Assembly: GCA_963806225.1 (NCBI GenBank)
Contig: CAWDXG010000003.1
Location: 1 to 64,000 of the forward strand
DNA: 64,000 nucleotides
Direction of reading: 5' to 3'
Source of the DNA: an uncultured delta proteobacterium
Lineage (GTDB): Bacteria; Myxococcota_A; Polyangia; Polyangiales; Polyangiaceae
Part shown: positions 43,371 through 52,743 of the stretch, piece by piece
Position numbering within the stretch: position 1 is the stretch's first letter
Layout: the number at the start of each line of letters is the position of its first letter
Notes under the pieces: generated by a model
What the model saw: the letters and a program-made list of their open reading frames with translations, nothing else
Databases searched by the model: none
Told to the model about the DNA's origin: nothing
Translations under genes and position numbers: made by a program

Positions 43371-43690
43371 TCGCTTGCCCCTTGTTCAATTGGCGACACG
43401 CCTCGGACGTGCCGTAACCAAGACGGGAAACCCCCGAACCTTGCGGGGCGCCTCCCTAGCTGGCTACCACTATTGGGCACAATCCGTGAACAACGCAATC
43501 GTCCAATGAACCGCCGTCCGCAAACCTTCCGACGCGTCGGCTGGCCCGTCTCGGTGGCCGGATGCGCTCCCGGTGACAGCACGCAGACAACTGCCGCCGC
43601 ATACGGCGCCCGACACATGTTCCTGTCGATGCGGAATTCGTGAAACACCCACGCGTTGACCCGTCGATTTCCGCACAGTGCGATCCAGCA

Positions 43691-46600
43691 TCAGTGGAAA
43701 TCCCGTGACACGCTCGGGAGATCACGGCCCGGCACGTCCAGACGCGCGAGATCACGCACGATCAGATGCACGACCGCGGCCTCACCGCCCTGCCCCTGCC
43801 GCTCGACCTCGCCGCGGGCCAGCAGCAGCGTCGCGCGGCGCGCTACCAGATGGAACTGCTCGAACACGCTCTGGTACACGATGAGGTTCGCGTTGCCCGT
43901 CTCGTCCTCCAGCGTGATGAAGACGACGCCGCTGGCCGTTCCGGGCTGTTGACGGCAGGTAACGAGCCCCGCCACCGCGACGCGCGCGCCCTTCGGCGCC
44001 TGCATCAGCTCGCTGGCCGTGAGCACGCCCTGACGCCCGAGACGCGCCCGCAGATGCCGCATCGGGTGATCGTCGACGCTGAGCCCCTTCTTCCCGTAGT
44101 CGAGCAATAGCTGCTCCACCGGACGGAGCCCAGGCAGCGTGACCTCCGGCTCGCGCACCTCGAGCTCCGAGAACAGCCCGCCGGTGCGCGGAGCCCGCAC
44201 CTTCCACAGCGCCTGGCGCCGCCCACGCACCAGCGGCTCGAGCGCGCCGGCTTCCGCGAGCGCTTCCACTTCGTTCTTCCGGGGTCCTGCGCGGCGCAGC
44301 AGGTCGTCGAGGCTGGAGAATGCGTGCTCGGCGCGCGCCACCTCGATACGGCGTGCCGCGCCCTCGCCCAGGCCCTTGACCAACCGCAGGCCGAGCCGGA
44401 GCGCGCGGCCCTGAGCGTCCCCTTCCAGCGGCTCCAGCGTACAGTCGTAGAAGCTGTGCGCGATGCTCACGTCGCGCACCGTGACGCCGTGGCGCTGCGC
44501 GTCCTGCACGATGCTCGACGCCGAGTAGAAGCCCATCGGCTGCGAGTTCAGCAGCGCGCAGGCGAAGTACGCCGGGTAGTGCGTCTTCTGCCAGGCCGAG
44601 GCGTACACCAGCAGCGCGAAGGACGCGGCGTGCGACTCGGGAAAGCCATACTCGCCGAAGCCCTTGATCTGCTCGAACAGCGCCGCGCCGAACTCCGCGG
44701 AGATCCCCTTCTTCGCGAAGCCATCGAGCAGCCGCTGGCGGTGGCGCATCAGCTTGCCCGTCTTCTTCCACGCCGCCATGTCACGCCTGAGCTGGTCGGC
44801 CTCGCCGCCCGAGTAGCCTGCGCCCACGATGGCGATCTGCATCACCTGCTCCTGGAAGAGCGGCACGCCCAGCGTGCGCTCGAGGATGGGCCACAGATCC
44901 GGGTGCGGCGACGCGACCGGCTCCTCGCCGTTCCGGCGCTTGAGATACGGATGCACCATGCCTCCCTGGATCGGCCCGGGACGCACGATCGCCACCTCCA
45001 CCACCAGATCGTAGAAGCAGCGCGGCCTGAGCCGCGGCAGCATGCTCATCTGCGCGCGGCTCTCGATCTGGAACACGCCGACGGTGTCGGCGCGGCAGAT
45101 CGAGTCGTACACGGCGGCGTCCTCCGGCGGAATGCGCGTGATGACTTCCAGCGGATCGAAGTCCCCTTCCCCACCCAGCACGCCGTCTTCATGCAGGAGC
45201 GCCAGGCATTTGCGGATGGCCGTGAGCATGCCCAGAGCGAGCACGTCGATCTTGAAGAAGCCGAGCGCGTCGAGGTCGTCCTTGTCCCAGGGCACCACGG
45301 TGCGGCCCTCCATGCGCGCGGGCTCCACCGGCGCCACCTCGTAGAGCGGGTCGGCGCTGAGCACGAAGCCGCCCACGTGGATCGACAGATGCCGCGGAAA
45401 GCCCTCCAGCGCGCGCGCCAGCATCACACCTGGCGCAGCCGCGCGTCGTCCACGTCGAAGCCCATCTCGCCCAGGCGCTGGCTGCTCATCTCGTCGCCGT
45501 GCCAGTGGGTGATGGTCGAGCTCAGCCGATCGACCTGATCGAGCGACAGGCCGAACGCCTTGCCCACCTCGCGCAGCGCGCTCTTGCCGCGATAGCTGAT
45601 GATCTCGCTGACCATCGCCGCGCGGTCTCGCCCGTAGCGTGCGTAGATCTCCTGGATGACCTCCTCGCGGCGCTCGTGCTCGAAGTCGATGTCGATGTCG
45701 GGCGGCTCGCTGCGCTCCGCGCTCATGAAGCGCTCGAACAAGAGGTTCGAGCGCGCCGGATCCACCGCTGTGATGCCGAGCACGTAGCAGACCGCGCTGT
45801 TCGCCGCGCTGCCCCGCCCCTGGCACAGGATGCGCCGCGCGCGCGCCATCTCCACCACTTCCCACGTGGACAGGAAGTACGGCGCCACGCCGAGCTTCTC
45901 GATGAGTGCGAGCTCCTTTTCGATCTGCCGTGACACGGCAGTCGGCACGCCGCCGGGATAGCGCCGCGCTGCGCCCTCCTGCGTGAGCCGGCGGAGCCTG
46001 TCGTCCGCGCTCTCGCCGGCGTCGAGCGCGCAGGGAAAGCGATAGCGGAGCTCGCCCAGACTGAAGCGGAGCTCCGAAGCGACCTCCACCGAGCGCTCGA
46101 CCCAACCCGGATGATCGGCAAACAGCCGCTGCATCTCTGCGGCCGAGCGCAGATGCGCCTCGGCGTTGGCGCCGAGCGCGCTGCCGGCGCGATCGAGCGT
46201 GGTGCCCGTGCGGATGCAGTAGAGAACGTCCCAGAGCGCCTTGCGCGAAGCGTGGTGGTAGAGCGGGCGGCTGCTCGCCACCACGGGCAGCCCGTAGCGC
46301 ACCGACAGCGCCTCGGCGTCGCGCGTGCGCTCGCGGTCGAAGCCGTCCAGATGCCGGTGCGTCGCGACGAAAGCGCGGTCCGCAAACACGTCTGCGAGCA
46401 GCTCGAACAGCGCGTCGGGCGGCGGGCTGTCATGTGGGGTACGGGGCCCGGGCACGACCGCGACCAGCCCGGCGTTGTGCTCCGATAGAGCCGCCAGCGA
46501 CAGCGCGCTCTCGCCCTTGGGACGATCGGCGTGCGACAGCGTGAGCAGCCGGCACAGGTTCGCGTAGCCGTCGTGATCGCGAACCAGGAGCGCGACCGTG

Positions 46601-46866
46601 GGCAGCTCGACAGGCGGCTTGGCTTTGCGCCGCTTCTTCGGGGTGGGCACCTCGAGCGACAGCTCCGCGCCGACGATCACGCGCTGCCCGGTCTCCTTCG
46701 CCCGCAGGAACGCGCGCGCCGAGCCGTACAGCCCGTCGAGATCGCAGAGGGCGAGCGCGTCGAGCCCCAGCTCCCGTGCACGCGTCACCAGCTCTTCGGG
46801 GTGCGACGCCCCGCGCAGGAACGAGAAACAACTTCGAGCCAGCAGCTCGGCGAACATCGCGGACAT
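43691..46866 (-). CDS. dnaE2: error-prone DNA polymerase DnaE2/ImuC (one frameshift near 45428)
   Basis: FSFLRGASHPEEL, GRGSAANS, PPDIDIDFEHERREEVIQ, GVFQIESRAQ, LLNSQPMGFY, C-terminal SRDFH. Confidence 0.96.
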
Positions 46867-47138
46867 CTGTCCCCTCACCCGGATGACAGCGGGACACCAC
46901 GAAGGGCCGGAGTTCTTGTGGGTCGAGCGCTGTGGCGGCGACGCGCGGCTAATCCAGCGGATGGGCGGCGGGATAGCGGGCGCGACACCAGAAGCGTGAA
47001 TCCGCACGCCAAACACCGCCCACCGCGCCGGCACGAAATCCTTGAAAATCCGTCAAGCAATAGCGGATCTTCAAGGATTGTCGTCTTGGTCAGCGCCGTC
47101 ATAGCCACTTGCCATCCCAGGCGCGCGGGCGGATTCCG

Positions 47139-47609
47139 TCACAGGCACTTGCCGTCCGACCCCATCTTCTGCGAGCAGCAGATCTTCCACTCCTCGCCCT
47201 GCGGACCGAGGTCGATGACATTCAGCCCGCTGATCACGCACTGGCATTTGTTTTTGATGCTGCAGTCGTTAGAACAGCATTGACCGCTCCCTGCAGTGCA
47301 ACTCTGGCCGATGGGCTGGCAGTTGATGCATGTGTAGTTCCGGCAATACCCGGAGCAGCACTGGCTGGAGGTGTCGCACGTGGCCAGGAAAGACCGGCAG
47401 GCACCGCCGCCGGATCCCGAACTGCCTCCGCTCCCGGACTGGCCGGCGCTGCCCGAAGCTCCGCCCTGCCCTGCAGCACCGCCCCCGCCCGAGCCGGCAT
47501 GGCCTGCCGTGCCTCCGGACCCGCCGCCGTCGCTGCGGCTGCTCGTGGTCGAACCGCCGCAGCCGGCGAGCAGAGCCAGCACACACATCCAGTAGACTGC
47601 CGCTTTCAT
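47139..47609 (-). CDS. Cys-rich small lipoprotein
   Basis: Lipobox LAGC, Gly/Ser linker, repeated C..C..CCS..C modules. Confidence 0.75.
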   Translation of the reverse strand: MKAAVYWMCVLALLAGCGGSTTSSRSDGGGSGGTAGHAGSGGGGAAGQGGASGSAGQSGSGGSSGSGGGACRSFLATCDTSSQCCSGYCRNYTCINCQPIGQSCTAGSGQCCSNDCSIKNKCQCVISGLNVIDLGPQGEEWKICCSQKMGSDGKCL

Positions 47610-48568
47610 CGCTGCACCACCGCGCCGAAGATCTCCGCGTTGTGGCGCGGAGCCGGCTGCTCGGTCTCGGCCCAGGGCGCAAAGTAGCTGGCGAGGCCGC
47701 CCGGATCATCGATGAAGGTCCCGTAGCGGTAGTCGCCGAAGAAGCGTCCCTTTGGCTTGAGATCAAGCTGGCCCGGATCGATTGCGGAGTTATTCACATT
47801 GCCGAAGTCGAACCAGGTCTGGCCCTCCGGCAGCCACATCCGGACATGCGCGACCTGCCCGATCAGAGGGAAACCGCCCTGGCTGACCTCGACCCAGGTG
47901 AGGACCTGCTGGTAGCGCTCCTGCGCGTCGGTTGCGAAGCCCTCGGGCCACACCAGATCCGGCCACAGCACGTGGCGGCGCTGGGCCGACGCGTCCAGAT
48001 CTTCGCTGCGTACAACGCTGGCGCTGCTTCCGCTGACGTGAATGTCGACGACGTGGGCGGTCTGGTATCGCGCATCTCCGGCCGTCACGGCGTCCGGATA
48101 CACCAGCCTGAACTTGCCAGCGCCCTGCATGGGCACGATGCTCGGCTGACCGAGATTGTTCACCAACTGGGCTGCCGTGAGCGGACCCTGGATGAACTGG
48201 CAGTCCGGAGCGCTCGAGAGATCGATCCACTGCGCTTCGGCTGCCGGATGCTGGCGCGCCGGCAGATCCGGAAGCCGCGCCATCTTCGGACGTCGGGTAT
48301 GTGGATCGCACTGCAGCAACCACGCCTGCGGGCTGCCGTCGTGCGGATCGGCGGTGAGCGCCGTGACGCCTGCGGCGCTGTCGAAGATCGCGTCCGTATG
48401 CCAGACCGGAGTCTGGGCGAACGTGGTGCGTGCGCCGAGCACTTCCGTCTTGTGGTTGACCTGTTCGTCGACGCCGAGCGCATCGGCCCCTCCTTTGAAA
48501 AGGTCAGGACACAGGAGTGCCGCGCAAGGGACAATCGGGAACTCCGTGTTTTCGTCTCTGGATTGCAT
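47606..48568 (-). CDS. hypothetical protein (possibly a 5'-truncated beta-propeller fragment)
   Basis: Open frame directly after imuB, with the stop overlapping the next ATG. C-terminal FFGDY...PWAE as seen in BNR-type secreted proteins. No signal peptide. Confidence 0.5.
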   Translation of the reverse strand: MQSRDENTEFPIVPCAALLCPDLFKGGADALGVDEQVNHKTEVLGARTTFAQTPVWHTDAIFDSAAGVTALTADPHDGSPQAWLLQCDPHTRRPKMARLPDLPARQHPAAEAQWIDLSSAPDCQFIQGPLTAAQLVNNLGQPSIVPMQGAGKFRLVYPDAVTAGDARYQTAHVVDIHVSGSSASVVRSEDLDASAQRRHVLWPDLVWPEGFATDAQERYQQVLTWVEVSQGGFPLIGQVAHVRMWLPEGQTWFDFGNVNNSAIDPGQLDLKPKGRFFGDYRYGTFIDDPGGLASYFAPWAETEQPAPRHNAEIFGAVVQR

Positions 48569-48578
48569 GGGACGATAA

Positions 48579-50393
48579 TCAATCGACGACAGCGTGCAGA
48601 TAGCGCCGGCCGCTTTCGCGATCGACGTAGACCAGGGCTTCGATGCCGCCTTCGGGGCTTTCGAGCCAGAGGCGGAGGTAGTCGCGATCGACGGGGGCGC
48701 GCGTCCACCACTCCACCGACGAGAGGCGCTGTTCGAACGCGACGCGCTCGATGGTGTACAGGCGCTGGTCGAGCGTGAGCACGGCGCCGGCACGGATCGG
48801 CGCCCGCAGCGGCACGGGGGCGGACAAGAGGCGCGTGGGAGCGCGTGGGAGCCCGGTCAGTGGACGGGGCACACCAGTGCCGCCCTTGCGGAGCCCAGGG
48901 GCGTTGCCTTTGCGGCCGCGCAAGGCGGACAGGGCAGAGCCGAGGCGGCTGCGTGACTCTGGGCGGTGCGCGTCGACCTGGCGCAGCACGCCGACGCTGC
49001 CTTTGCCGAGATCTGCACCGAGCTCGGCGAGCAGCACCGGCAACGCTTCGAGACCGCGCGAGCCGGCGAGCACGCCGCCGGCAACGCGCGATAGATCGAG
49101 CTGGCGCGCCACGGCGCGGACGAGCGACGGCACCTCGAGCCCGACGCCCAGCGTGGGGGCGTCGAGCTCCGTGCGCTCGAGCCGCGCGGCGATGACGCGG
49201 CTGAGCTCGGCCTCGCGCCACAGTGGCGCAGCGAGATCGAAGCGCAGCCGCAGCGTAGGCTCGGCGCCGCGCAGGCGTGCGATGGAGCGGTCGTAGTGCA
49301 GCACCAGCTCGACGACCTGCGCGGCCTGCCCGCGGCCGGACAGGCGCGCGCTCATGCGCGACACCAGCCCGCGCAGCACGAACAAGAGCGGCTGCACGCC
49401 GCCGACCGGCTCGTCCCAGGTTGTCTCTTCCGTGAGCACGGCGGGGGGCTCGTAGGCGACGAGCGGCGTGGTGTCGCGACCGGCGCACAGATCCAGCACG
49501 GCGCCGGCCTGATCGCCGAGGCGCGACGCGGCGGCCGCGCGGGGCAGCGCCGCGAGATCCCCCAGGGTGAGCACGCCGAGCCGCACCAGCCACGAGGCGC
49601 GCTCGGTGTCGAGCGGCAGCGCCGCGACGGGCAGCTCCGCCGCGAGCTCCGCACTCTGCGTGGCGGGAACGACGAGCGTGCCGCGCTCGCCCAGGCGCTC
49701 CGCCAGACTGCGTTGCCCCCAACGCGCGAAGGCCTGCGCGAGCCGCGGCCCCGACGCGATGGCCACGCGCGCGGCGTGCCCCATTGCGCGCACGCGACTG
49801 ACGAGCTCCACGGCCAGCGCGTCTTCCCCGCCGAAGAGATGCGCCGCGCCGCTGATGTCGACCCACACCGTGTCGGGCGCTTCTATGGAAACAGTGGCTC
49901 CGAACGCCAGCGCTGCCTCCGCTACGCGCCCGAGCGCGTGCTCCACGCTCGGCTCTGCCACGGCGCGCACCACGAGATGCCCGCACAGCGCACTGGCCTC
50001 GGCGATGGTCTGCCCGTCGCGCACGCCGTAGCGGCGGGCCGCGGCGTTGACGGCGGCGAGCTCGTGGGTGGGTTTGATCTCTTGCGCATCGGAGGCTTCC
50101 GGTTGGTGGTTTGTATCCCGCCCACCCACCCCCACCGGAATCCTCCCGGGGGGCTCCGCCCCCCGCGCCCCCCTTACGCGATTCGCTCCGCTCATCGCGG
50201 GCTCGCTGTCGCTTCGCTGGGTGTCTACCGGAACCGTTTGTCCTACCAGCACAATCCCCAACGGGGGATCGCGCTTCTTCTTTCCCCTCGCCTGCTTCGC
50301 GTTCGCTTCGCCGCGCGTCACGCGCAGCGCTTCCGCGCCCAGCTCGACGAGCAACCCGGGCAGCACGACGGCCGCAATGCGACGCGACGTCAT
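48579..50393 (-). CDS. imuB: Y-family polymerase-like ImuB
   Basis: AVNAAARRYGVRDGQTIAEA, PDTVWVDISGAAHLFGGE, RLGVLTLGDLAALPR, EWW...RDYLR. Start overlaps the imuA stop. Confidence 0.9.
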   Translation of the reverse strand: MTSRRIAAVVLPGLLVELGAEALRVTRGEANAKQARGKKKRDPPLGIVLVGQTVPVDTQRSDSEPAMSGANRVRGARGAEPPGRIPVGVGGRDTNHQPEASDAQEIKPTHELAAVNAAARRYGVRDGQTIAEASALCGHLVVRAVAEPSVEHALGRVAEAALAFGATVSIEAPDTVWVDISGAAHLFGGEDALAVELVSRVRAMGHAARVAIASGPRLAQAFARWGQRSLAERLGERGTLVVPATQSAELAAELPVAALPLDTERASWLVRLGVLTLGDLAALPRAAAASRLGDQAGAVLDLCAGRDTTPLVAYEPPAVLTEETTWDEPVGGVQPLLFVLRGLVSRMSARLSGRGQAAQVVELVLHYDRSIARLRGAEPTLRLRFDLAAPLWREAELSRVIAARLERTELDAPTLGVGLEVPSLVRAVARQLDLSRVAGGVLAGSRGLEALPVLLAELGADLGKGSVGVLRQVDAHRPESRSRLGSALSALRGRKGNAPGLRKGGTGVPRPLTGLPRAPTRLLSAPVPLRAPIRAGAVLTLDQRLYTIERVAFEQRLSSVEWWTRAPVDRDYLRLWLESPEGGIEALVYVDRESGRRYLHAVVD

Positions 50394-51082
50394 GAAGCCT
50401 TCTCCAGCGGCGGCTCCCATGCGATGCGCCGCGCGGAGGCAACGCGGCCGTGGTGATCCTTGGCGACGCGCAGCACGAGCTGACCAGGATGGGGCCGCGC
50501 GAGCTCGAGGCGCTGCGCGACAGGCAACGGCAGTGGGCGGCGCGCAGCGCTGTCCGTGATGAGCAGCACTGCTCCCGGCGTGCCCTGCACCGCCATGGAA
50601 AGCCGCCGCACGATGCGCGGCCAGCGACCGAGCTGCACGCCAAGCGGGCTGCCCGGCGCACCCAGCGTGTCGATGACCACGATGGCGAAGGCCTGCGACT
50701 CGACCACGCGCGCCGCCACGCGACCGAGCGCGTCGAGCGGCGGGCGCACGATCAGCAGTCGCTCGAGCGCGACACCGAGGCCGGCGACACCGGGGGCGTA
50801 CAGCGTGGCGGACGGATCGACGAAGGCGCACCAGGGCGTGTCGCCACCGCAGAGCCGCCCCTCGTCCTGCGCTGCGCGGCAGGCGGACAGAGCGAAGCGC
50901 GTGGCCAGCGCGGCGCCGCCCGCCACGGCCAGCTCCGTTACCGCGCCGCGCGCGAGCCCGCCGTCGGGCAGAGCGGCATCGAGCGCGGGCAGCCCGAGCG
51001 GCAGCGCCGCCGAGCCGCCCACCTCCGAGCCGCGGACGACCGCGGCGGGCAGCTGGGCCAGGAGATGAGCTGGAAGGGCCAT
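50390..51082 (-). CDS. imuA: RecA/SulA-like ImuA
   Basis: LGLPALDAALPDGGLARGAVTEL, AFVDPSATLYAPG..GVALERLLIVRP. GAGGAGG RBS. Confidence 0.88.
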   Translation of the reverse strand: MALPAHLLAQLPAAVVRGSEVGGSAALPLGLPALDAALPDGGLARGAVTELAVAGGAALATRFALSACRAAQDEGRLCGGDTPWCAFVDPSATLYAPGVAGLGVALERLLIVRPPLDALGRVAARVVESQAFAIVVIDTLGAPGSPLGVQLGRWPRIVRRLSMAVQGTPGAVLLITDSAARRPLPLPVAQRLELARPHPGQLVLRVAKDHHGRVASARRIAWEPPLEKAS

Positions 51083-51095
51083 GGGTTGCCTCCTC

Positions 51096-51122
51096 GTTCA
51101 GGAGTACTGAACATAATACCAG
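51096..51122 (-). promoter_or_regulatory. candidate LexA (SOS) box upstream of imuA
   Basis: CTGGTATTATGTTCAG (CTG-N10-CAG with the GTTCAG half-site of the Myxococcus LexA box) overlaps a GTTCAG-N5-CTGAAC palindrome just upstream of the RBS. Confidence 0.6.
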
Positions 51123-51211
51123 CATCCGGAAATGGAAGCCACGAGCTCCCGAGCCAGGACAGGCAAGGTCCGAGGGCGTCGCTAGCGCGCATACAAATCC
51201 ACGCGGTGGGA

Positions 51212-51516
51212 CACGTGCATTTTCCGCCCCTGGGACGCCCCACGACGACGATATGCGCGCCTCACGTGCATTTTCCGCCCCTGGGACGCCCCACGACGAC
51301 GATATGCGCGCCTCACGTGCATTTTCCGCCCCTGGGACGCCCCACGACGACGATATGCGCGCCTCACGTGCATTTTCCGCCCCTGGGACGCCCCACGACG
51401 ACGATATGCGCGCCTCACGTGCATTTTCCGCTCTCCTGGGACGCCCCACGACCACGAAATGCGCGCCTCACGTGCATTTCCGCTCTCCCGGACGCCCCAC
51501 GACCACGAAATGCGCG
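51212..51516. repeat. 51-bp tandem repeat array, 6 units, upstream of the RAYT-like gene
   Basis: Units start at 51212, 51263, 51314 and 51365 (identical CACGTGCATTTTCCGCCCCTGGGACGCCCCACGACGACGATATGCGCGCCT), and at 51416 and 51469 (variants). Confidence 0.97.
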
Positions 51517-51731
51517 GCGGGACCCTCGTGCGGGCGCAGGCCGGAGCGCGGAATAGCAACGCGAAGGGGCGTGGGGTGACGGGAACGCATCGCCGAGTGA
51601 CGCCGGCCGAGCACCGCGCGTGAGGGACCCGGCCGCGCGCAGCGACAGCGAGCACGGCCGGCGGCACGCCGCCGTACACGCGGGGGAGCAGCCCACGCGC
51701 AATCGGACGCGGCGCCGGCCGATGGGGGCGC

Positions 51732-52541
51732 ATGTTCTGGCATCTCACGGCACACACCCTGGCAGGCCTCCGCCCGATGGCGTCCGACAAGGAGTGCGGG
51801 GCGCTGTTCAGGGCACTGCGCCGCTGCTTTCCGCGGGTCGCCGCCGCGGTGGTGATGCCGAACCACGTTCATCTACTGGTCGAGGCATCCGATCCAGATG
51901 CGGCCCGGCGCCGGCTGGCGCGGTGTCTCGCAGCCTTCGCGCGACGCAGCGGCGCGGGGCGCATGTGGCAGCCCGTCGCCGAGCCCGTGCCCATCCGCGA
52001 CGCGAAACAGCTCGAGCGGCAGATCCGCTACGTGCACCTCAATCCGTGTCGCGCCGGCCTGGTCGACGACCCGCTGTGCTGGCCGTGGTCCACGCATCGC
52101 GGCGTGGTCGGCGCGGAGCTGCATCCGTGGGTGTCGCCGGCGGATCTTGCGACGTATCTCGGTCGCCGGGAAGCGGAAGTGCCGCGCTGGCTGCACGACT
52201 ATGTGTCGTGCGATCCTTCCGTGAACGTCACCGGCACGCCGTTTCCGGACGCAGCGCCTGCCCGCAACATACCGGCCGTGTCGCTCGCCGACATCGTCGC
52301 AGCCGCGGACGCGGCCATGCCCGGCAGTGCGCCGCGGCGCCGTCAGCTGTTCGCTCTGCTCGCGCGTCACCAGGGCTGGCGCGACGCGCGACTGGTCGCC
52401 CAGGCCGCCGGCATCACGCCCAGCCAGATCCGCCGGCTCGCGCGGCGGAGCGATCCCGCGCTCGTGCGCCTCGGTGCGCTCCATCTCGGCGACGCACGGC
52501 TCCGCCATGTGCCGGATTTCCGCGGGCGACCACGCTACTAG
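51732..52541 (+). CDS. HUH/Y1 nuclease, REP-associated tyrosine transposase (RAYT)-like, with C-terminal HTH
   Basis: WHLT strand, VVMPNHVHLL (HUH), RMWQ, RYVHLNPCRAGLV (catalytic Tyr), WPWST. C-terminal RLVAQAAGITPSQIRRL HTH. Confidence 0.9.
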   Translation: MFWHLTAHTLAGLRPMASDKECGALFRALRRCFPRVAAAVVMPNHVHLLVEASDPDAARRRLARCLAAFARRSGAGRMWQPVAEPVPIRDAKQLERQIRYVHLNPCRAGLVDDPLCWPWSTHRGVVGAELHPWVSPADLATYLGRREAEVPRWLHDYVSCDPSVNVTGTPFPDAAPARNIPAVSLADIVAAADAAMPGSAPRRRQLFALLARHQGWRDARLVAQAAGITPSQIRRLARRSDPALVRLGALHLGDARLRHVPDFRGRPRY

Positions 52542-52542
52542 G

Positions 52543-52702
52543 CACGTGCATTTTCCGCCCCTGGGACGCCCCACGACCACGAAATGCACGCCTCACGTGC
52601 ATTTTCCGCCCCTGGGACGCCCCACGACCACGAAATGCACGCCTCACGTGCATTTTCCGCCCCTGGGACGCCCCACGACCACGAAATGCACGCCTCACGT
52701 GC
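52543..52702. repeat. 51-bp tandem repeat array, 3 units plus partial, downstream of the RAYT-like gene
   Basis: Identical units at 52543, 52594 and 52645 (CACGTGCATTTTCCGCCCCTGGGACGCCCCACGACCACGAAATGCACGCCT), plus CACGTGC at 52696. Confidence 0.97.
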
Positions 52703-52743
52703 CTGCGCGGCTCCGCCCAACCCCACGATGATAGGCTCCGGGC

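Noticed and set aside
41550..43643. Long antisense and alternative-frame ORFs over the 18-bp repeat
   Set aside because: These are shadow frames of the stop-free GGTAGT repeat. Only the minus frame has a signal peptide and sorting motif.
48579..51455. 958-aa ORF fusing repeat-encoded peptide to ImuB
   Set aside because: The 51-bp (17-codon) unit lacks stops and the frame happens to stay open across imuA. ImuB has its own ATG at 50393 overlapping the imuA stop.
51212..52702. CRISPR array interpretation of the 51-bp repeats
   Set aside because: Units are head-to-tail with no unique spacers, and there are no cas genes in the window.
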